Source: an uncultured bacterium | GTDB taxonomy: Bacteria > Patescibacteriota > Minisyncoccia > UBA6257 > 2-01-FULL-56-20 | Direction of reading: 5' to 3' | DNA: 64,000 nucleotides | NCBI GenBank assembly: GCA_963696395.1 | Contig: CAVOJZ010000002.1 | Span: 134,433 to 198,432 of the forward strand | The notes under the pieces: model-generated | What the model saw: the letters and a program-made list of their open reading frames with translations, nothing else | What the model was told of the DNA's origin: nothing | Database searches by the model: none | In this document: positions 37,354 to 48,701 of the stretch, one piece after another | How the letters are laid out: each line of letters starts with the position of its first letter | Numbering within the stretch: the first letter of the stretch is position 1 | Program-made: the position numbers and the translations under genes

Positions 37354-39005
37354 TGGGTGGCCGTAATGTGCTCTACACTATAATTCAGACTGCCCCCCAC
37401 TTTTTTCCCTGGGTTAAAAATGTTCAACGGGTCAAAAATGTTTTTAACTTCTTTAAATAACTCTATAATTTGGCTGCCGTACATTTCCTCGAGATACGGA
37501 GTCCTGATGAGGCCGTCATTATGCTCTGCAGTAATGGAGCCATGGTATTGGAATACCAGTTTATAAACTTTCTCCGAGATTTCGGGGATCAGCGCCCGAA
37601 TCCGGGCATCCTTGAGATTCATAAGCGGAATAATATGAAAATTGCCGTTGCCCGGATGGCCGGCGATTGTGTAGATGAGATCTTTTTTATAAGCATCGAG
37701 GATGGCGTTGAGTTTTGGCATAAACTCCGGCAGGTACTCCGGCTTCACGATGAAGTCGTCGATGAACGGTGCCGTGTCTTTACCGGTGGTGTTGTTGTGG
37801 AGCAGGGCAAAACTCTGCCGGCGGATAGTCCAGTATTTTTCTTCGTCCCGCTCATCGTGAAGCGGATTCACCTGGATGCCAGGATGCGTTTTTCCGAACT
37901 TGCGCACGTCGTCGGCAAGTTGGGTGAGCTTCGCGACAAGTTCCTTTTCGTCGTCGCCCGTAATTTCCACAAGCATAATCATCTTCGGCATACCGCCGCG
38001 GAGGACCATCCACATCTCGGGCAAGAATTGCCAGCCGAGCTTGATGATATTGCCCTTCATTGATCCCAGCACCTGTCGCCACAATTTCACGGCAACCTGC
38101 ATCGTCTTATCGTCATATGATTCGATGCTTTCCGGATGGAACCGCAAAACCTCAACAACAAGATCGGCAACCGGATCGAGCGTCTTCAAAAAGATGACGC
38201 ACAGCCGGGAATGCTTCTTTGCACGCACCAGCCCAAGCGTCGCTTCCGCAAGCAGCGCAAGCGTTCCCTGGGATCCGACCAGTAATTTGGTGAGGTCGAA
38301 TTTCTGCTTGTCCCAAACATTCCATAAATAATATCCGGCTGAATTTTTTGAAATATCGGGTTTCGCTTTTTTTATCGTATCGTAATTTTTTTCAAGCAGG
38401 TCGTACATCTTCCGATAGAGCTCTCCCTCGAAACCCTGCTCGTTCAGCTTCGCGCGCAGCGCTCCGCCTTCGAGAGGTTTGATCGTGTGCTGCTCGCCAT
38501 CGCTCATCACGACACTCAGCTCCCGGACATAATCTTCCGTCTTGCCGTAGGCAAGCGTCTTTTCGCCGCCGGAATTATTATTCACCATGCCGCCCAGCGC
38601 GCACAATTCTTTCGAAGCCGGATAAGCCGGATATAAAAGGCCTTTCGGCGTGAGCTGCTTTTCGAAATCGCGAAAATAAACCCCGGGCTCAACAACCGCA
38701 TGATCGCTAGCGATTTCCTTGACGTGATTAAAATATTTCGTAAACGACACGATAATCCCCTGGCTCAACGGACCGCCCGTCATGTCGGTTCCCGCAGACC
38801 GGCCGGTGAGCGAGATATCCTCGCCGGCCGCTTTTTTTGCGGTGACAAACTTTACAAGATTGCGAAGGTCGTCGATGTCTTTTGGAAAAACCACAATCTT
38901 CGGCCGGACTTTGAACACCGAATAATCCCGGCTGAATTTTTCGAGCGTGGCGTCGTCTACGGCAACATCGCCGTGAAAGAACTGTTTAATCTCATCGGCA
39001 AGCAT
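37350..39005 (-). CDS. FAD-binding oxidoreductase (GlcD/D-lactate dehydrogenase-like)
   Basis: Motifs GSQGTL, GNFH, AEHNDG, FDP..IFNPGK. Confidence 0.9.
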   Translation of the reverse strand: MLADEIKQFFHGDVAVDDATLEKFSRDYSVFKVRPKIVVFPKDIDDLRNLVKFVTAKKAAGEDISLTGRSAGTDMTGGPLSQGIIVSFTKYFNHVKEIASDHAVVEPGVYFRDFEKQLTPKGLLYPAYPASKELCALGGMVNNNSGGEKTLAYGKTEDYVRELSVVMSDGEQHTIKPLEGGALRAKLNEQGFEGELYRKMYDLLEKNYDTIKKAKPDISKNSAGYYLWNVWDKQKFDLTKLLVGSQGTLALLAEATLGLVRAKKHSRLCVIFLKTLDPVADLVVEVLRFHPESIESYDDKTMQVAVKLWRQVLGSMKGNIIKLGWQFLPEMWMVLRGGMPKMIMLVEITGDDEKELVAKLTQLADDVRKFGKTHPGIQVNPLHDERDEEKYWTIRRQSFALLHNNTTGKDTAPFIDDFIVKPEYLPEFMPKLNAILDAYKKDLIYTIAGHPGNGNFHIIPLMNLKDARIRALIPEISEKVYKLVFQYHGSITAEHNDGLIRTPYLEEMYGSQIIELFKEVKNIFDPLNIFNPGKKVGGSLNYSVEHITATQ

Positions 39006-39014
39006 TACTGATTA

Positions 39015-39605
39015 TTATAACAGACGGATGGGAACGGCACCCTTCCGAAGCACTATCGGAGTATCGTTTATTAGCTGTATAAGCGTTGACGGCTTGGACG
39101 CCAGCCGCCCGGCGTCGACATAAAATCGAACATTGTCCTTAAAGTATCCCTTCGCTTCCATGATTGTTCGTGCGGGCGGCTGGCCTTCAAAGTTTGCGCT
39201 CGGAGCGACAAGCGGTCCGGTTTTTTTCAATAACGATCGAAGCCAGAGCGGCTTCGGCAGGCGAAACGCGAGGGTATTTGATTTTCGATGAAGGTAAGCA
39301 AAATTTTTTTGGGCGTTCGGGAGACCGATCGGCATTACAACGCTCACGGCCCCCGGCCAGACGCCGCCCAGTATTTTTTTGACGGCGGGCGTAACGCGAA
39401 CTCCGAATTTTTTTACATCGTTTATCGATCCGATTAAAATGATCATCGGTTTTTTGGCGTTCCGCCTGCGCAAACGATAAATCCTCTGCACAACCTCCTT
39501 ATCGAGGGCGGAACCGACGATGCCATAAATGGTATCGGTTGGCAAAACGCCGACCCCGCCGTCAGCAAGATCCCGTACGATAAGTGAATTAAGGCTCTTA
39601 TGCAT
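39015..39605 (-). CDS. tsaC: L-threonylcarbamoyladenylate synthase (YrdC/Sua5)
   Basis: Motifs PTDTIYG, WPG, APSAN, PST. Confidence 0.92.
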   Translation of the reverse strand: MHKSLNSLIVRDLADGGVGVLPTDTIYGIVGSALDKEVVQRIYRLRRRNAKKPMIILIGSINDVKKFGVRVTPAVKKILGGVWPGAVSVVMPIGLPNAQKNFAYLHRKSNTLAFRLPKPLWLRSLLKKTGPLVAPSANFEGQPPARTIMEAKGYFKDNVRFYVDAGRLASKPSTLIQLINDTPIVLRKGAVPIRLL

Positions 39606-39623
39606 CGTGGTATAATTCCCATT

Positions 39624-40211
39624 ATGGACAAAATAAGCAATACAAGCAAAGCGATCATCGTCGCCGTTGTCGTTTGCTTTGTAATTCTCCTTATATTTAT
39701 TTATGGCGGCCGCAACCAAAATCCGATTTCGGCAACTTCAAATATAACCGCTTCGTCTAACGTTGAAACGACGACTAACGCCTCGGCAACGATCCCAACG
39801 GCATCGAGCACCCTTTCCGGCGGTGCGCAACCCTCGACTTCCGGTTCCGGCAAGAAGACAAAACAACCATCGGAGCAGGTGCCTCCTCCACCGATCATAA
39901 TCCGCTTTATTACCCCAGTCGTAAATGATGTATGGAAAATAGGCGTAACCAACCCGATCTCCTGGAACAATGCGGCGAATTTTACCGGAGAAATAGACCT
40001 TCTCGATGGAAGCGGAAATTTCCTTGGCGTCATTTTGTCACAGACCGGACCGGATCAAACCTCATACGGATGGGACACCCGCGAATATTCTTTGGCACGA
40101 TATAATCCCCTCAAGAAAGAAATGGTGCCTGGGTCATACCGGATAGAGCTCAAGTTTGACGGCAACAACCTGCCCCCGATAACCGGCCCCGTGATTACCG
40201 TTACGAACTAA
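39624..40211 (+). CDS. membrane-anchored hypothetical protein (Ser/Thr linker, beta-rich domain)
   Basis: N-terminal TM helix; extended -10 lies 7 nt upstream. Confidence 0.75.
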   Translation: MDKISNTSKAIIVAVVVCFVILLIFIYGGRNQNPISATSNITASSNVETTTNASATIPTASSTLSGGAQPSTSGSGKKTKQPSEQVPPPPIIIRFITPVVNDVWKIGVTNPISWNNAANFTGEIDLLDGSGNFLGVILSQTGPDQTSYGWDTREYSLARYNPLKKEMVPGSYRIELKFDGNNLPPITGPVITVTN

Positions 40212-41490
40212 GAGACCTCCGCCGCCGGAGTGCCTTATGATAGCCGATCGCAAAACGGTGCGCTTCATTGCGCACTCGAATGAGAGTTTCTTTGGTGACG
40301 CCCTTGGGAATCGCGCCGATAATGTCATTCCGTTTCCGCTCGGATCCCTTAGCGATGCCGAGAATCGGAATGCGCAAACCGGCGTGCATGATAACTTTTT
40401 TTGCAGCATTTGCCTGGCCGATACCGCCATCGATCAAAATGAGATTTGGCAGGGTCCACGCATCGGGAGCAGTTCCACTCCATTCTTTCGGGCGCAAATT
40501 CACGGCATGCCGGTGAAATCTGCGCTCTAAAACTTCCGTGAGCATACCGACGTCATTCGGCTTGAAAATACTGCGGATTTTGAATTTTCGATATTCGTTT
40601 GTGTTCGGTTTTCCATCCTCGAAAACAACCATGGAGCCGACAGCATCGGTTCCGGAAATATTTGAAATGTCATATCCCTCAATGCGATATGGCGCCGAAG
40701 CAGTTCCTGCGCCTGTGCCTGCGCGGCCGGCAAACGAACCACTCCTTTCCTCGGGCATGATGATCTCCGAATCTGCAATAAACGCGGTATCGCGGATGTG
40801 CTTTAACGCAAAGCATTGCCGCCGGAGCTTCTCCGCTTTTTCGAATTCAAGCTTCTTACTGGCTGCCGCCATATCGTTTTCGAACGATTTAATGACGCTT
40901 TTCTTTTTCCCTTCAAGAAATAATTTGAGGCGGTCAATGTTTTTTGTATATTCCTCGCGCGTCACCGCACCGACGCAGGTCCCCGGACACAATCCAACTT
41001 CATAATCAAAGCAGGGTCGGAGAAATTTCCCGATTTTTTCTGGGTCGTGCGTATTCCAGGGAAAAATTTTACGGAGAATACGCAATGCCTGTCGGGCATT
41101 CGAAGCCGAAGTGAAAGGCCCGTAGCGCCTCCCCCGCTCCGCGTCTTTGCCCCGGACAAGCAACACCCTCGGAAATTTTTCCTTTGAAATTTCTACGTAC
41201 AAAAAACTTTTATCGTCTTTTTCGCGGACATTGAACGGGGGCATCCATTGTTTGATAAGTTCGGCCTCGAGGATCAAGGCCTCGAGGGCACTGTCGGTCT
41301 CCCGATGATCGATGGTGCTTATCTTGCCGACCAGGCGCTCAATCCGCACATCGTGAGGACGCTCAAAGTAGCTCGAAACCCGGCGGCGAAGATTGCCCGC
41401 CTTGCCAACATACAGGATGTCGCCATACGTATCCTTCATGATATAGACGCCCGGCGTGTCCGGGAGTTTTTTATAATCTTTTTTTAACAT
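40201..41490 (-). CDS. uvrC: excinuclease ABC subunit C (lacks the C-terminal HhH domain)
   Basis: GIY-YIG PGVY..YVGKA, plus IEGYDISN, LIDGG and RNEAHRFAI. Confidence 0.93.
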   Translation of the reverse strand: MLKKDYKKLPDTPGVYIMKDTYGDILYVGKAGNLRRRVSSYFERPHDVRIERLVGKISTIDHRETDSALEALILEAELIKQWMPPFNVREKDDKSFLYVEISKEKFPRVLLVRGKDAERGRRYGPFTSASNARQALRILRKIFPWNTHDPEKIGKFLRPCFDYEVGLCPGTCVGAVTREEYTKNIDRLKLFLEGKKKSVIKSFENDMAAASKKLEFEKAEKLRRQCFALKHIRDTAFIADSEIIMPEERSGSFAGRAGTGAGTASAPYRIEGYDISNISGTDAVGSMVVFEDGKPNTNEYRKFKIRSIFKPNDVGMLTEVLERRFHRHAVNLRPKEWSGTAPDAWTLPNLILIDGGIGQANAAKKVIMHAGLRIPILGIAKGSERKRNDIIGAIPKGVTKETLIRVRNEAHRFAIGYHKALRRRRSLSS

Positions 41491-41514
41491 GCTTTTTCCT
41501 GGCACCGACAGACA

Positions 41515-41793
41515 CTAATCCTCCAAAAGAACATGGACTGCGCACTTCACAATGAGCGGATAGGTGCCTTCGATCTCCTCGTTAATTTTTTCTAAAGAGA
41601 TGCTTGCGCTTCCATTTTCGAATTTAAGAGAATTATCCTGGATGTAAGCTTTTTTATGGCCTGCCTCGTCCCGGATATCATTGCCCTCATAATAACCCTG
41701 CTTCATGTTGTCAGCGCTCCGGATGTGATGTCCGTCGATCCAGCCGATCTTTTCCCCGTCGTGATAGATTTTATTGTCGACAATTTTTGGCAT
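41515..41793 (-). CDS. hypothetical protein with short beta-hairpin repeats
   Basis: 92 aa, with repeated G.KIGWI / KQGYY / KKAYI units. Confidence 0.7.
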   Translation of the reverse strand: MPKIVDNKIYHDGEKIGWIDGHHIRSADNMKQGYYEGNDIRDEAGHKKAYIQDNSLKFENGSASISLEKINEEIEGTYPLIVKCAVHVLLED

Positions 41794-41811
41794 ACCCTTA
41801 TGATAGCAAAA

Positions 41812-44331
41812 TTATTTCGTGAGCACTTTTCGCAGATATTGTCCGGTGAAGCTCCCCGCTTTGCGCACAATCTGTTCCGGCGTACCGACGGCGACGACCG
41901 AACCTCCCCGTTCGCCGCCTTCAGGACCAAGATCAATGATCCAATCCGCCGTTTTGATGACATCCAGGTTGTGTTCGATAACCACGATGGTGTTTCCGCG
42001 GTCAACCAGGCGCTGGAGGACTTTAATGAGCTGATCAACGTCCGCGAAGTGCAGACCGGTGGTCGGCTCGTCGAGTAGATACAATGTTCGACGGGTGTCC
42101 CGCTTTCCGAGTTCTGCGGAAAGCTTGATGCGCTGAGCCTCGCCTCCCGAAAGGGTTGTCGCCGACTGGCCAAGCTTGAGATATCCAAGACCAACCTCCT
42201 CGAGGATCACAAATTTTTCCTTAAGCCACGGGATATCGTCGAAAAATCGCGCTCCTTCCTCGATCGTCATTTCAAGAACGTCAAAGATATTTTTACCTTT
42301 GTATTCCACCTCAAGCGTCTCGCGGTCGAAGCGCTTACCTTTGCAAATATCGCACGTTACGTAAACCGTCGGTAAAAAGTGCATCTCGATCGCAATCGTC
42401 CCGTGCCCTTCGCAGTTTTCGCAGCGGCCTCCGGGGACATTGAAACTGAAACGTCCAGGCTTGTAGCCCCGGACGCGGGCATCCTCGGTCGCCGCAAAGA
42501 GATCGCGAATATGCGTCCAGGCGCCGACATACGTCGCCGGATTTGAGCGGGGTGTTCGTCCGATTGCCGCCTGGTCAATGTTGATGATGCGGGTGATATA
42601 CTCAAGCCCAAGGATAGATTTGTATCCGAGGGGCTTCGCATTGGTACGATTAAGTTTGTCGGCGACAGCTTTATAGAGCACGTCATACACAAGGCTCGAT
42701 TTGCCCGAACCGGAAACGCCGGTCACTGCAGTAAAGCGGCGCAACGGGATATCAACGTCAATATTCTTTAAATTGTTCGCATGGGCGCCGCGGATTTTGA
42801 GCAGCTCCTGTTTCGTGCCGACAGAACGCCGTTCGTCGGGAACTTTAATAAATTGCTTGCCGCGCAAATACTGCAAGGTAAGCGAATCCTTTTTAAGATT
42901 TTTTAATATTTCGGGGATAGGCCCTTCGGCAACCACCCGCCCACCGTGGACGCCGGCAGCGGGACCGATATCGACAAGATAATCGGATGCACGAATGGTG
43001 TCTTCGTCATGTTCAACAACGATGATGGTATTGCCGAGATCGCGGAGATCGTGAAGCGTTTTGATAAGCTTGTCGTTATCGCGCTGATGGAGGCCGATCG
43101 TCGGCTCATCGAGAATGTAGAGCGTACCCACAAGCCTTGAACCGATTTGCGACGCAAGCCGGATGCGCTGGGCCTCGCCTCCGGAAAGCGTCCCTGCTTT
43201 GCGATTCAAGGTGAGGTACTCGAGGCCGACGTCCATCATAAACTTCAGCCTGTTTTTTATCTCACGCAAGGGAGCTTCGGCAACTTCGATCATTGACGCG
43301 TTCTTGAATTTCATAGCGTCAAAAAAGGTATAGGCGTGTTCGATCGAGAAGGATACAACGTTATTGATATTTTTCCCGTCAATCAAGACGTTTAAACTTT
43401 CCACCCGCAGGCGTTTGCCCTCGCACGCCGGACAGATTTCCTCAGACCATAAATCTTTTGTGCCCAGGCCATGGCATTCCGGACAGGCGCCATAGGGACT
43501 ATTGAATGAGAACAGTCGGGGTTCAATTTCGGGGAACGAAAAACCGTCATGCGGACAGGTGAATTTCGCCGAGAGCGATACCTCGTTATCAGTGATGACC
43601 GTGACGACATCGTTGCCGTATTTTAGGGCGTGCTCAATCGCTTCGGCGAGCCGCAGACGATTATCTTTTTCCTTAAAGTTCATGCCGGCCGGAATCCGGT
43701 CAACCACAAGGTCTATGTTGTGCGTTTTATACCGGCTGAGTTCTACGCGGTCACGCAGGGAATGGTATTTCCCGTCGATGCGCACTTCGGAAAATCCGGC
43801 ATTCAGGAAATCGTAGAGCATCTGGTAATACTCCCCCTTCCTGCCGCGAACGACAGGGGCGAGAATCACCAGGTTCTTTTTTTCTTTATTCTCTTTTGAA
43901 AAATCGATTGCGACGTCAACGATTTCCTCATTGGTCAGTTTTTTTATCTCGCGACCGCAGGTCGGGCAATACGGTTTCCCGGCGCGGGCAAACAACACGC
44001 GAAGATAATCGTAAATTTCCGTAATGGTTGCCACCGTCGAGCGCGGATTCGAAGAATGGCTTTTCTGGTCAATCGAGATTGCCGGCGAAAGCCCCTCAAT
44101 ATCATCAACATCCGGCTTGTCGAGACGCCCCAAAAACTGCCGTGCGTAGGCGGATAACGATTCGATATACCGGCGCTGACCTTCGGCAAAAATCGTGTCG
44201 AACGCCAGACTCGACTTTCCGGAACCGGAAAGCCCCGTGAATACCACCATCTTGTCCCTCGGAATTTCAAGATTGATGTTCTTCAGGTTGTGCTCCCGCG
44301 CGCCTTTGATGATGATTTTATCGTGTGCCAT
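41812..44331 (-). CDS. uvrA: excinuclease ABC subunit A
   Basis: Motif GAREHNLK, two ABC modules and Zn fingers. Confidence 0.98.
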   Translation of the reverse strand: MAHDKIIIKGAREHNLKNINLEIPRDKMVVFTGLSGSGKSSLAFDTIFAEGQRRYIESLSAYARQFLGRLDKPDVDDIEGLSPAISIDQKSHSSNPRSTVATITEIYDYLRVLFARAGKPYCPTCGREIKKLTNEEIVDVAIDFSKENKEKKNLVILAPVVRGRKGEYYQMLYDFLNAGFSEVRIDGKYHSLRDRVELSRYKTHNIDLVVDRIPAGMNFKEKDNRLRLAEAIEHALKYGNDVVTVITDNEVSLSAKFTCPHDGFSFPEIEPRLFSFNSPYGACPECHGLGTKDLWSEEICPACEGKRLRVESLNVLIDGKNINNVVSFSIEHAYTFFDAMKFKNASMIEVAEAPLREIKNRLKFMMDVGLEYLTLNRKAGTLSGGEAQRIRLASQIGSRLVGTLYILDEPTIGLHQRDNDKLIKTLHDLRDLGNTIIVVEHDEDTIRASDYLVDIGPAAGVHGGRVVAEGPIPEILKNLKKDSLTLQYLRGKQFIKVPDERRSVGTKQELLKIRGAHANNLKNIDVDIPLRRFTAVTGVSGSGKSSLVYDVLYKAVADKLNRTNAKPLGYKSILGLEYITRIINIDQAAIGRTPRSNPATYVGAWTHIRDLFAATEDARVRGYKPGRFSFNVPGGRCENCEGHGTIAIEMHFLPTVYVTCDICKGKRFDRETLEVEYKGKNIFDVLEMTIEEGARFFDDIPWLKEKFVILEEVGLGYLKLGQSATTLSGGEAQRIKLSAELGKRDTRRTLYLLDEPTTGLHFADVDQLIKVLQRLVDRGNTIVVIEHNLDVIKTADWIIDLGPEGGERGGSVVAVGTPEQIVRKAGSFTGQYLRKVLTK

Positions 44332-44425
44332 ATGAATTTTCCCCCGGAGCATCGCTCATAGGGGTAGTGTTCGTTATTCTGTTGTAGGCTAATTTTAACC
44401 GAAATTTAATATCTCGGCAAATGAA

Positions 44426-46219
44426 TTACCGCGCGAGCGCAGGGACGCTTTCCAACGCATCTCCGCTTCCACTCTGTTCTTTCCATAGCGCCGAATAAAG
44501 CCCGTCATGCTTTTTGAGTAATTCGTTGTGGGTACCGTGCTCGATAATGGAGCCTTTTTGCAAAACATAAATTTCGTCGGCATGAGCAAGCGTTGAAAGT
44601 CGGTGCGCCACAAGCACCATTATGAGATCGGGGCGCGCTTTTGCAATCTCCCGGATGGTGTCCGTGATAGATCTCTCGGTGATCGAATCCAGGCTCGACG
44701 TTGCCTCGTCGAAAATGATGATTTCCGGTTTGCGCAGGAGCGCCCGGGCGATGGCAAGCCGCTGACGCTCGCCTCCGGAAATTTTTATCCCTCCTTCGCC
44801 AATTTTCGTCTCAAGGCCCTCACCGACGCCGCTTGCGGCACCGCGCTCGGCGATATCGGTGACCGAGGCGCTCCGCAATGCCTCCCAGCAGTCATCGTCT
44901 GTCGCGGAAGGATTTACGAATAGCAGGTTGTCGCGCAATGTCCCGGCAAAAAGCTGGGTCTCTTGCGACACATATCCGATTTTGCGGCGCAAGGCATCGT
45001 AATCAACGATGTTGCCGTCTATGCCGTTCAAGAGAATCGTCCCTTTGGTTGGCTTATACAAACCAACGAGCAGTTTGATCAGAGTCGTCTTTCCTGATCC
45101 GGAGTAACCCGCGAACGCCACCGTCTCCCCTCCTTTGATGTGCAGGCTGATATCTTTCACGGCAAGCGTGTCCCCGGTCCCGTAGCCAAAAGATGCTTTT
45201 TTGAATTCGATTGATTCGAGCGATTCAATTTTCGCGGCGTTTGCCGGTTTTTCCTCCGCGGGAATGGATAAAATCTCTTCGAGCTTTTCCAGACTACCTT
45301 TTGCTTCCTGATATTGTGACGCAACTGTGCCAATGTCGCCGAGCGGTGAAAAAATGTAGAAGGAATAGAACCAAAGCGTCAGGAACTCGCCGAGCGAGAT
45401 CGAACCGAGGAAAATCAGCCAAAGCATGGCGAATAAAATGAGCGAACGCATCGCGTTCACGATAGTCCCCTGCGTAAAACTCAGTTTTCGGATGACCTTC
45501 AGTTTGGAAAGTTCGAGCTCGAGCACTTTATTGTTCACATCGTTCAACCGCTTCGTCTCCTGATCTTCCAAACCCAGACTTTTCACAAGCTCGACGTTGC
45601 GGATGGTTTCAGTGGTTGATCCGGCAAGGTTCGCCGATTCGATTACAATATTTTTCTGGATCGCCTTGATTTTGCGGCCCAGGAAAAACAACGCGCTACC
45701 CATCACGGGAATGATCATGAAATAGAGGAGGCCGATAATCCAATGCACGTAAAATGCATAAAATATTACCAGGATGATGCCCACGAGCGATACGAAAACA
45801 ATATCAACAAAGCTGATGATGAGTTGTTGGCTGTCGAGCCGAGCCTTCTGGAGTTTTTGGAGAAGCGCCCCGGACTGCTGATCTTCAAAAATCGCGTACG
45901 GCAACGAGAACGAATGGGCGACGCTATGAGCATAAAGCTCCGTCCCCACGCGCTGGGTCACCACATTCTCGTAATATTGTTGGAAATTCTTTGCAATGCG
46001 GGAAATCAACGCCGCGCCGATCGAGGCAAGCAAAAGCAATCCAACCCCGCGGAGGAAATCATCGTGCGAGATGGTTCCGATCTTTGAAACATAATTATCA
46101 ATGACCAACCGGAATACCTGCGGGTCAACGAGAGAAAACGCAATATTGATCGTCGCGAGGATGAGCGTGAAAACGAGGTACTTCTTATAATTTTTGAGGT
46201 AGCTATATAAAAGTGGCAT
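44426..46219 (-). CDS. ABC exporter (fused TMD plus ATPase)
   Basis: Motifs GYSGSGKT, ISGGERQR, DEATS. Confidence 0.95.
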   Translation of the reverse strand: MPLLYSYLKNYKKYLVFTLILATINIAFSLVDPQVFRLVIDNYVSKIGTISHDDFLRGVGLLLLASIGAALISRIAKNFQQYYENVVTQRVGTELYAHSVAHSFSLPYAIFEDQQSGALLQKLQKARLDSQQLIISFVDIVFVSLVGIILVIFYAFYVHWIIGLLYFMIIPVMGSALFFLGRKIKAIQKNIVIESANLAGSTTETIRNVELVKSLGLEDQETKRLNDVNNKVLELELSKLKVIRKLSFTQGTIVNAMRSLILFAMLWLIFLGSISLGEFLTLWFYSFYIFSPLGDIGTVASQYQEAKGSLEKLEEILSIPAEEKPANAAKIESLESIEFKKASFGYGTGDTLAVKDISLHIKGGETVAFAGYSGSGKTTLIKLLVGLYKPTKGTILLNGIDGNIVDYDALRRKIGYVSQETQLFAGTLRDNLLFVNPSATDDDCWEALRSASVTDIAERGAASGVGEGLETKIGEGGIKISGGERQRLAIARALLRKPEIIIFDEATSSLDSITERSITDTIREIAKARPDLIMVLVAHRLSTLAHADEIYVLQKGSIIEHGTHNELLKKHDGLYSALWKEQSGSGDALESVPALAR

Positions 46220-46257
46220 GAATGAACATTATACCAAAGCCGGCAATAAAACGTCAT

Positions 46258-46500
46258 TCAACCAATCGCAAGCTTTAACTTCTTTCCCCGGGTTAAGCGC
46301 TTGATAGCAGCCTCCCGCTTTAATGCCTCGCTCCTCGTTTCGAATCGTTCGCTATAAAGCATTTTCTTTGCGCCATGCGTCCTTGTATATCGCGCGCCAA
46401 TCTTATGTTTGTGCTCGTAAAACCTTCGTTTGAGATCAGTTGTGATACCCGTGTAAATGGTTTTGTCGGCACACTCAAGAAGATAGACGAAATAGGCCAT
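46258..46500 (-). CDS. small GIY-YIG nuclease (YhbQ/UPF0213-like)
   Basis: Motif FVYLL..YTGITTDLKRR..H..ALKRE..IK. Confidence 0.9.
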   Translation of the reverse strand: MAYFVYLLECADKTIYTGITTDLKRRFYEHKHKIGARYTRTHGAKKMLYSERFETRSEALKREAAIKRLTRGKKLKLAIG

Positions 46501-46512
46501 GTAAGAAATTTC

Positions 46513-48570
46513 CTAAGTCAGAGTCGCGGACTTTTTCGGCTTCGCCCCGGAATCGTCTTTTTCTTTCGTTTTTTCCACGCGCTTATTCAATTCCCGAATC
46601 TCATCGCGAAGTATGCCGGCAAGTTCAAAATTTAAGGCCTTTGCAGCGATGCGCATCTCCCGTTCCTTGTCGGCAATCAGTTTCTGTAGGGCGGTTTTCG
46701 ATTTTGGCACCGGTCCGGTCTCAAGTTTGAGAATCTCGCCGACGTCGGGAAGAATACTCGAGATCTTTCTGATGATGGTTGTCGGCGTTATGCCATGCTC
46801 CTTGTTATAAGCAAGCTGAATATTCCGTCGGCGCTCGGTCTCCTTGACGGCGCGGTCAATGGACCCGGTTATATTGTCGGCATACATCAAGACTTCCCCT
46901 TGAGCGTTTCGGGCGGCCCGGCCGATGGTTTGCACGAGCGACACCTCGCTTCGCAAAAATCCTTCTTTGTCGGCGTCGAGAATTGCCACCAATGAAACCT
47001 CGGGAAGGTCCAGACCTTCGCGCAAAAGATTCACACCGACAAGCACATCCACTTTCCCTTTGCGGAGATCGGTCAGGATCTGGATGCGATCGAGCGTTTT
47101 CACGTCGCTATGCAGATAGTTCACTTTTATCTTTTTTTCCTCGAGGTACGAACTGAGGTCCTCGGCCATTCTTTTGGTGAGCGTGGTGACAAGAACGCGC
47201 TCTTTCTTTGCGACGCGTTCTTCAATCCGAGGAATGAGGTCTTCCACCTGTCCGCGCGCCGGACGAATCGTAATCTTCGGATCGACGAGACCGGTCGGAC
47301 GTATGATCTGCTCAACGATCTGCCCCTGCGGCGGAGCGCTCTCCGTGCGCTCGTATGCGGACGGCGTCGCAGAGGTGAAGATCGTCTGGCCAATCCTTTC
47401 TTTAAACTCCTCAAATCGCAAAGGCCGGTTATCGATTGCCGACGGCAAGCGAAAACCATATTCCACGAGCGTCTTCTTTCGGGCGGCGTCGCCATTGAAC
47501 ATGCCCTGGAGTTGGGGTACGGTCATGTGGGATTCATCAATCACGGTCAGGAAATCGGCCCGGCCGTCATCCGTGTGCGGAAAATAATCAAGAAGCGTTG
47601 CCGGCGGCTCGCCGGGTGCGCGGCCGGAAAGATGGCGTGAATAGTTTTCGATGCCGTGGCAATAGCCGACTTCGCGCATCATGGCGATATCAAACTTGGT
47701 GCGGCGCTCAAGGCGTTCCGCTTCGAGAAACTTTTTCTCTTTTTCAAACGTTGCAAGCTGAACTTTCAACTCCTCCTGGATTTGAATAATGGCCCGCTCG
47801 CGCTCGGGCGCTTCGGTGATGAAATGTTTTGCCGGTGCAAAAATGATATCTGGAATTTTTGGCGTTTTTCCCGGGCGGAAACCGACCACAGGATCAACCT
47901 CGTATATCGTCACGATGGTACCATTCAAGACTTCGATGGTATAGACGATTTCCCGATCCGCGGGCATAATCTCCCAATTTTCACCCCGCAGGCGGTAGGT
48001 TCCTCGCTTTAAGTCGGAATTGGTGCGGCTAAACTGCAATTCCACAAGTTTTCGCGAAAACTCTTTGCGCTCGATTTTGTCGCCAACTTTAAAATGGAAA
48101 ATGTTTTTGGCGTATACCTCAGGCGCACCAAGGCCATAAATGCACGAGACCGAAGCCACGATAATTACATCACGGCGCGTAAGCAGCGAAGTTGTCGCCG
48201 CATGGCGCAGTTTATCTATCTCGTCATTAATCAAAGCCTCCTTATCAATGTAGGTATCGCTCGAAGGGATGTACGCTTCCGGCTGATAGTAATCGTAATA
48301 GGAAACAAAATAATTGACTGAATTTTTCGGGAAAAGCTCGCGGAATTCGTTACACAGCTGTGCGGCGAGTGTCTTGTTGTGCGCGATGACGAGCGTCGGC
48401 TTCTGCGTTTCGGCAATGACATTCGCAATGCTGAACGTTTTCCCCGAGCCCGTGACGCCAAGCAATGTTTGATTTTGATAGCCTCGTTCAATACCTGAAA
48501 CGAGCGATGCAATCGCCTTCGGCTGATCCCCTGCGGGTTTATTGTTAGAAACTATTTCAAAACGGTTCAT
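46513..48570 (-). CDS. uvrB: excinuclease ABC subunit B
   Basis: Motifs GVTGSGKT, YYDYYQPEAY, DESH, QTIGRAAR. Confidence 0.98.
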   Translation of the reverse strand: MNRFEIVSNNKPAGDQPKAIASLVSGIERGYQNQTLLGVTGSGKTFSIANVIAETQKPTLVIAHNKTLAAQLCNEFRELFPKNSVNYFVSYYDYYQPEAYIPSSDTYIDKEALINDEIDKLRHAATTSLLTRRDVIIVASVSCIYGLGAPEVYAKNIFHFKVGDKIERKEFSRKLVELQFSRTNSDLKRGTYRLRGENWEIMPADREIVYTIEVLNGTIVTIYEVDPVVGFRPGKTPKIPDIIFAPAKHFITEAPERERAIIQIQEELKVQLATFEKEKKFLEAERLERRTKFDIAMMREVGYCHGIENYSRHLSGRAPGEPPATLLDYFPHTDDGRADFLTVIDESHMTVPQLQGMFNGDAARKKTLVEYGFRLPSAIDNRPLRFEEFKERIGQTIFTSATPSAYERTESAPPQGQIVEQIIRPTGLVDPKITIRPARGQVEDLIPRIEERVAKKERVLVTTLTKRMAEDLSSYLEEKKIKVNYLHSDVKTLDRIQILTDLRKGKVDVLVGVNLLREGLDLPEVSLVAILDADKEGFLRSEVSLVQTIGRAARNAQGEVLMYADNITGSIDRAVKETERRRNIQLAYNKEHGITPTTIIRKISSILPDVGEILKLETGPVPKSKTALQKLIADKEREMRIAAKALNFELAGILRDEIRELNKRVEKTKEKDDSGAKPKKSATLT

Positions 48571-48660
48571 TGGATTTTGGAAATTACTCAATCCCCCTCG
48601 GGCTCGTGCCATAAGGGGTAAGTAGAACCAGTTTATTGAATCACATCAGTCAAAAAAGAT

Positions 48661-48701
48661 AAAGAAAAACCGCTTTCCGACCTCACCGGAAAACGGCTTT
48701 T
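48661..48701 (-). terminator. terminator-like hairpin between nth and uvrB
   Basis: CCGTTTTCCG..CGGAAAGCGG followed by a T run on the - strand. Confidence 0.55.
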
